Of a stretch of 11,604 nt of DNA, positions 8,490 to 11,604 are shown in pieces. Source of the stretch: a bacterium (GTDB lineage: Bacteria; SAR324; NAC60-12); assembly GCA_965233585.1 (NCBI GenBank), contig CBDDTI010000622.1, forward strand, positions 1 through 11,604, given 5' to 3'. A program made the position numbers and the translations under genes. Each line of letters begins with the position of its first letter. Within the stretch, counting starts at the first letter, position 1. Under the pieces are notes generated by a model, which searched no databases, had not been told where the DNA came from, and saw nothing but the letters and a program-made list of their open reading frames with translations.

Positions 8490-8755
8490 CCGAACAATGG
8501 CATATACAACACGCGTAATGAGTTAAATTTGGATCCTTTGGGACTAGAAAGATCAAAGGAGGAATAAACCTATACATCGAGCTCCAGGAACATAAGCTCG
8601 ATCAGATAGCTGCAAGAAATATTAGAATTTCTCTAGACAAGCCTATAGCTTTCTCGAAGTAAAGCTACAGCGTCTCCGAAGGAAAACGTAGGAGGACAAA
8701 TATGACAACTGTGATAAGAATCAACCTACTGTACTTGCAAACAGTTCTAATCATA

Positions 8756-8853
8756 AGATAATTTGGTTTTATCAACTGAGTTGACAATGTAAGTTAGCCA
8801 CCGTAAAGAGATTCGAAAGCTGACGTTTCGAGCGTTAGCCCTTCGTCAGAGCA
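8756..8853 (-). mobile_element. Short Penelope-type pseudo-LTR fragment nested in the 7852-9735 element
   Basis: Contains the minimal hammerhead listed next and is flanked by AATCATA at 8749-8755 and 8854-8860 (TSD or microhomology). Confidence 0.7.
8819..8852 (-). ncRNA. Minimal type I hammerhead ribozyme, PLE type
   Basis: The minus strand reads GCT-CTGACGA-A-GGGC-TAAC-GCTC-GAAACGTC-AGC: 3-bp stem I, CUGANGA, 4-bp stem II and the GAAACGUC dimer-type stem III. Confidence 0.88.
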
Positions 8854-10490
8854 AATCATAGCCCGGCCCGGCGTCACGCTGTACAGAATACGAGTAAGCA
8901 ACACATTCACAGTAAATGTTATATTTTGTCCCTTAAAAGCAAATACTTGGAGACATAAAAACAAATCTTGCAATAGAAATGAGCCAAAACAATACACTAA
9001 CAAATGGTAAATTATAGAGGTGTCAAACTCAACGAAAGGAACACGCAGATAACAGCGGAAATCATGCAGACCTATGACCTCTTAAAATTTGCCTTAGCTC
9101 TAGTTTTCTCCTTATAACAAAATACGAAATGCCCTTCATAAACAAGAGTGAAGCGACAAAAAGGTCGAAAGACCGAAAAATATACGGCAAATGTACTAAT
9201 GGCACGAACCGTAGGAGTCGTGTTTGGCCTGTCTGTTTTATTTACATTATTTCAGATCATTCACTTTGTAAAACAAGGTATCAGTCGGATCAGCTGATCA
9301 TCTGAGCGCCTTGATTACCTAGATCACCGGAAATGTACGAACAGGAACACCGATGTACACGCAAAATTGGGTCCCAGCACCAACCAATCGCACTCCGCGT
9401 AATGACAGATGCATCATAAAGTGTTTATTTTAGTGAAAACAGATCGTCACCGAGCACCGTGTACCAAAACAAAACGTCCCTTATCAGCAAAGACAACAAA
9501 GATCTTGCTGAATGAGGTTTTATGGCCGTTTTTGAAGGTCTTTTATCACGTGTTCCATCCCGCATCCCGCTATTAATTCTTTAAAGATCCCGCATCCCGC
9601 CTGCGAAAATACAAGCATCCCGGTCCCGCCAGCAAAGTTTCATCCCGTATCCCGCCCCTAAAATTTTTCGTATCCCGCATCCCGCCTTGATTTTAAGCCT
9701 CATCCCGCATCCCGCCAAACCTATTTTGGACCCTCTATAATATGATTCCACCCGCAATTTTCATCATAAAATCGATAACATTATCATCCCAAAAGGGGAA
9801 AATGTCGATAAAAACATATATTACTCTACCCCTTTAGATGAAAAGGGTCTCTAGACGCTTATTGGCACTTAAAGAAAGGTCACGAAAATTGGAATTCTCT
9901 TGGTTTTTTAAGTTTATTTTGTCAATTATTGGCTGGAGGGCAAAAGACCGCAAAAGGTTACTGAAAGCCTCAAATTTCGCAATGTCATGCCACACTGATC
10001 AGGAATGTACTAACAGCAGCGCTTTATTCTCCTGGTTTGGTGGATTCTGTCGTTTCCTGCCACAACCGTCTGATAAACTAAGCCCGGAAAAAAAACTAGC
10101 ACCTCAATATCTAAACAATTAAATTTGCTCAATTGTCGATGCTAGACTTGTTCGGACTGAGCCATCAAGGTAAGACAGTTATTGATTCGTTTTACGTAAA
10201 TAACTTACGCGTTAACTTTCATTTCTTTGATCGCGCTACATTTCTGATATCATTTCTGGTATCAGCTATCAGAAATGGGCGCGAATGCTAAGCGCTCTGA
10301 TAAAAGAACTCAATAATTCAGTATCCAGCACTCCAGTGAGACCAGGTACAGCTGTACAAAGCAAATGAGAATGCAAAATGATGGAGAGTCCGACATCATG
10401 AAAGTGTTCTCGATTTTCACCAGTCATGTAATCAAAATAAAAATCGCAACCATTCAATGAAAAAAGTCAAGAGTCTGAGATACGATAGAT

Positions 10491-10989
10491 AATAGATATA
10501 TAAACAACCTTGCCAAGAATCAGGTCTCTGGTGGTTTTCATTCGCGCGTTATTTGTAGCAGTGTGTCGCCCAAATTTATAAAGCTTTGTATGGAGACGCC
10601 ATGTTTGTGTCCTTCTGAGGGACACAAACATCACGGCCGTAAAGTAACAAAAACATCTGTCACTGAGTTTTGCTATGGAAACGCAAAATTATTGCTCTAG
10701 AGCTCTGACACATTGAAAGAAATGTTTCTTCTAGTGCAAGCACTGTTCAGTTAGCAAAAACTAAAGAGATAACCATCTTTTGACCTCGCGACAGCCTTTT
10801 TCATGTCACGCAACGTAAAAGCTTGGAAATTCAAACGCGCCCTATTGCAGTAAGACGAACCCTGTCGAGCTAAAACATTGCGGAACGTCAAGTTCCTATA
10901 GGGTCTTTTATCTGATAAAACTAAAACCTCAGAAGGGAAGGTAATATTTAATTTTGGAATATGATTACGTCACATGAAAACCGAGAATT
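10491..10989. repeat. MITE fragment with an internal hairpin, one terminus present
   Basis: 12-bp hairpin ATGTTTGTGTCC/GGACACAAACAT (10601-10631) and terminus ACGTCACATGAAAACCGAGAATT (10967-10989). It resembles an abundant coral repeat from memory; the left boundary is approximate. Confidence 0.6.
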
Positions 10990-11173
10990 GAGCGAAATCA
11001 GCCCGAAACTAAACAAGCTTGACAGTATGGAGAAACACCCAGAACGCGTTGATGACGAAATCAAAGAGCTTAAAGAATCTTTCACTTTTGTCAACGACAT
11101 ATTTGACGAGATAAAGGTTAAACAGAGGAAGCAAGGCACTTCGATTAAGAGTCTTGAGGAGAGCATCGCTAAT
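10988..11173 (+). pseudogene. Coiled-coil coding fragment, possibly LINE ORF1p
   Basis: LSEISPKLNKLDSMEKHPERVDDEIKELKESFTFVNDIFDEIKVKQRKQGTSIKSLEESIAN shows heptad-spaced hydrophobic residues and high E/K content. It appears truncated by other sequence on both sides. Confidence 0.5.
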
Positions 11174-11443
11174 CACACACACGTGACCGGTCCAGCTTTT
11201 TACGATACGGCCCACGGGCCGGATTTTTTTCCCGCTCAATGCTGTACCTAAATTTCGCTCCTAAAAATTAGCGGTAATCGCGAATCTTTTGCCTGTTTTA
11301 CGCTTCCATTGACGAAAAGTCAACACAGGTTTATCACTGTTCACTTTAAAATGGCAAGGAAAGTCACTGTAAGTAAATTCAATTGACTGTTTGAAATTCT
11401 GAGAGTTTGCTTGATTGTTTGTAACCGTGGCGCTGTAATTTAA

Positions 11444-11537
<94 letters not shown>

Positions 11538-11604
11538 TTAAAAAACTATCTCCCTTAACCCTAACAAACTCAGCCTGGTAAATCCACAAACGGTGAATTT
11601 GTAT

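Larger units (their letters stand above)
7852..9735. mobile_element. 1,884-bp non-autonomous TIR element with a 6-bp TSD and subterminal ATCCCGC arrays
   Basis: Perfect 16-bp TIR GAGGGTCCAAAATAGG (7852-7867) and CCTATTTTGGACCCTC (9720-9735). TATAAT is duplicated at 7846-7851 and 9736-9741. ATCCCGC doublets start at 7876, 7906, 7937 and 9557, 9587, 9617, 9642, 9672, 9702. Confidence 0.9.

Noticed and set aside
9557..9716. CRISPR-like array of repeats with unique spacers
   Set aside because: The repeats and spacers are only about 15 bp each, there are no cas genes, the context is eukaryotic, and the array is subterminal to a TIR.
9838..10457. ORFs 9838-10122(+) and 10269-10457(-) as exons
   Set aside because: No recognisable domain. 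Splicing 6531 to the AG before 9838 gives an immediate stop, and the minus-strand candidate exon contains in-frame stops.

Overview
Eukaryotic, AT-rich, repeat-dense DNA. The repeat motifs resemble cnidarian (stony coral) repeats as I recall them; this is an inference, not a search result. There is no intact long protein-coding gene. Main contents: (1) a decayed Penelope-like retroelement 3' end (GIY-YIG endonuclease pseudogene plus a degenerate hammerhead ribozyme), split by a 3.4-kb TIR element with a 9-bp TSD (1377-4791) and followed by a palindromic MITE directly after its stop codon; (2) an unexplained, G-U-rich, extensively base-paired ~310-380 nt region (about 6008-6391, + strand) just upstream of a likely first coding exon (6485-6531); (3) a 1.9-kb TIR element with a 6-bp TSD (7852-9735) carrying same-orientation ATCCCGC doublets at ~30-bp spacing at both ends, an intact-looking type I hammerhead (8423-8489) inside a hairpin-dense ~490-nt block, and a nested antisense Penelope-type hammerhead fragment; (4) several MITEs or MITE fragments, a LINE ORF1-like coiled-coil fragment and a TTAA-flanked piggyBac-type MITE. 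The best candidates for something new are the orphan structured RNA and the ribozyme-bearing TIR element. All pairings were made by eye.
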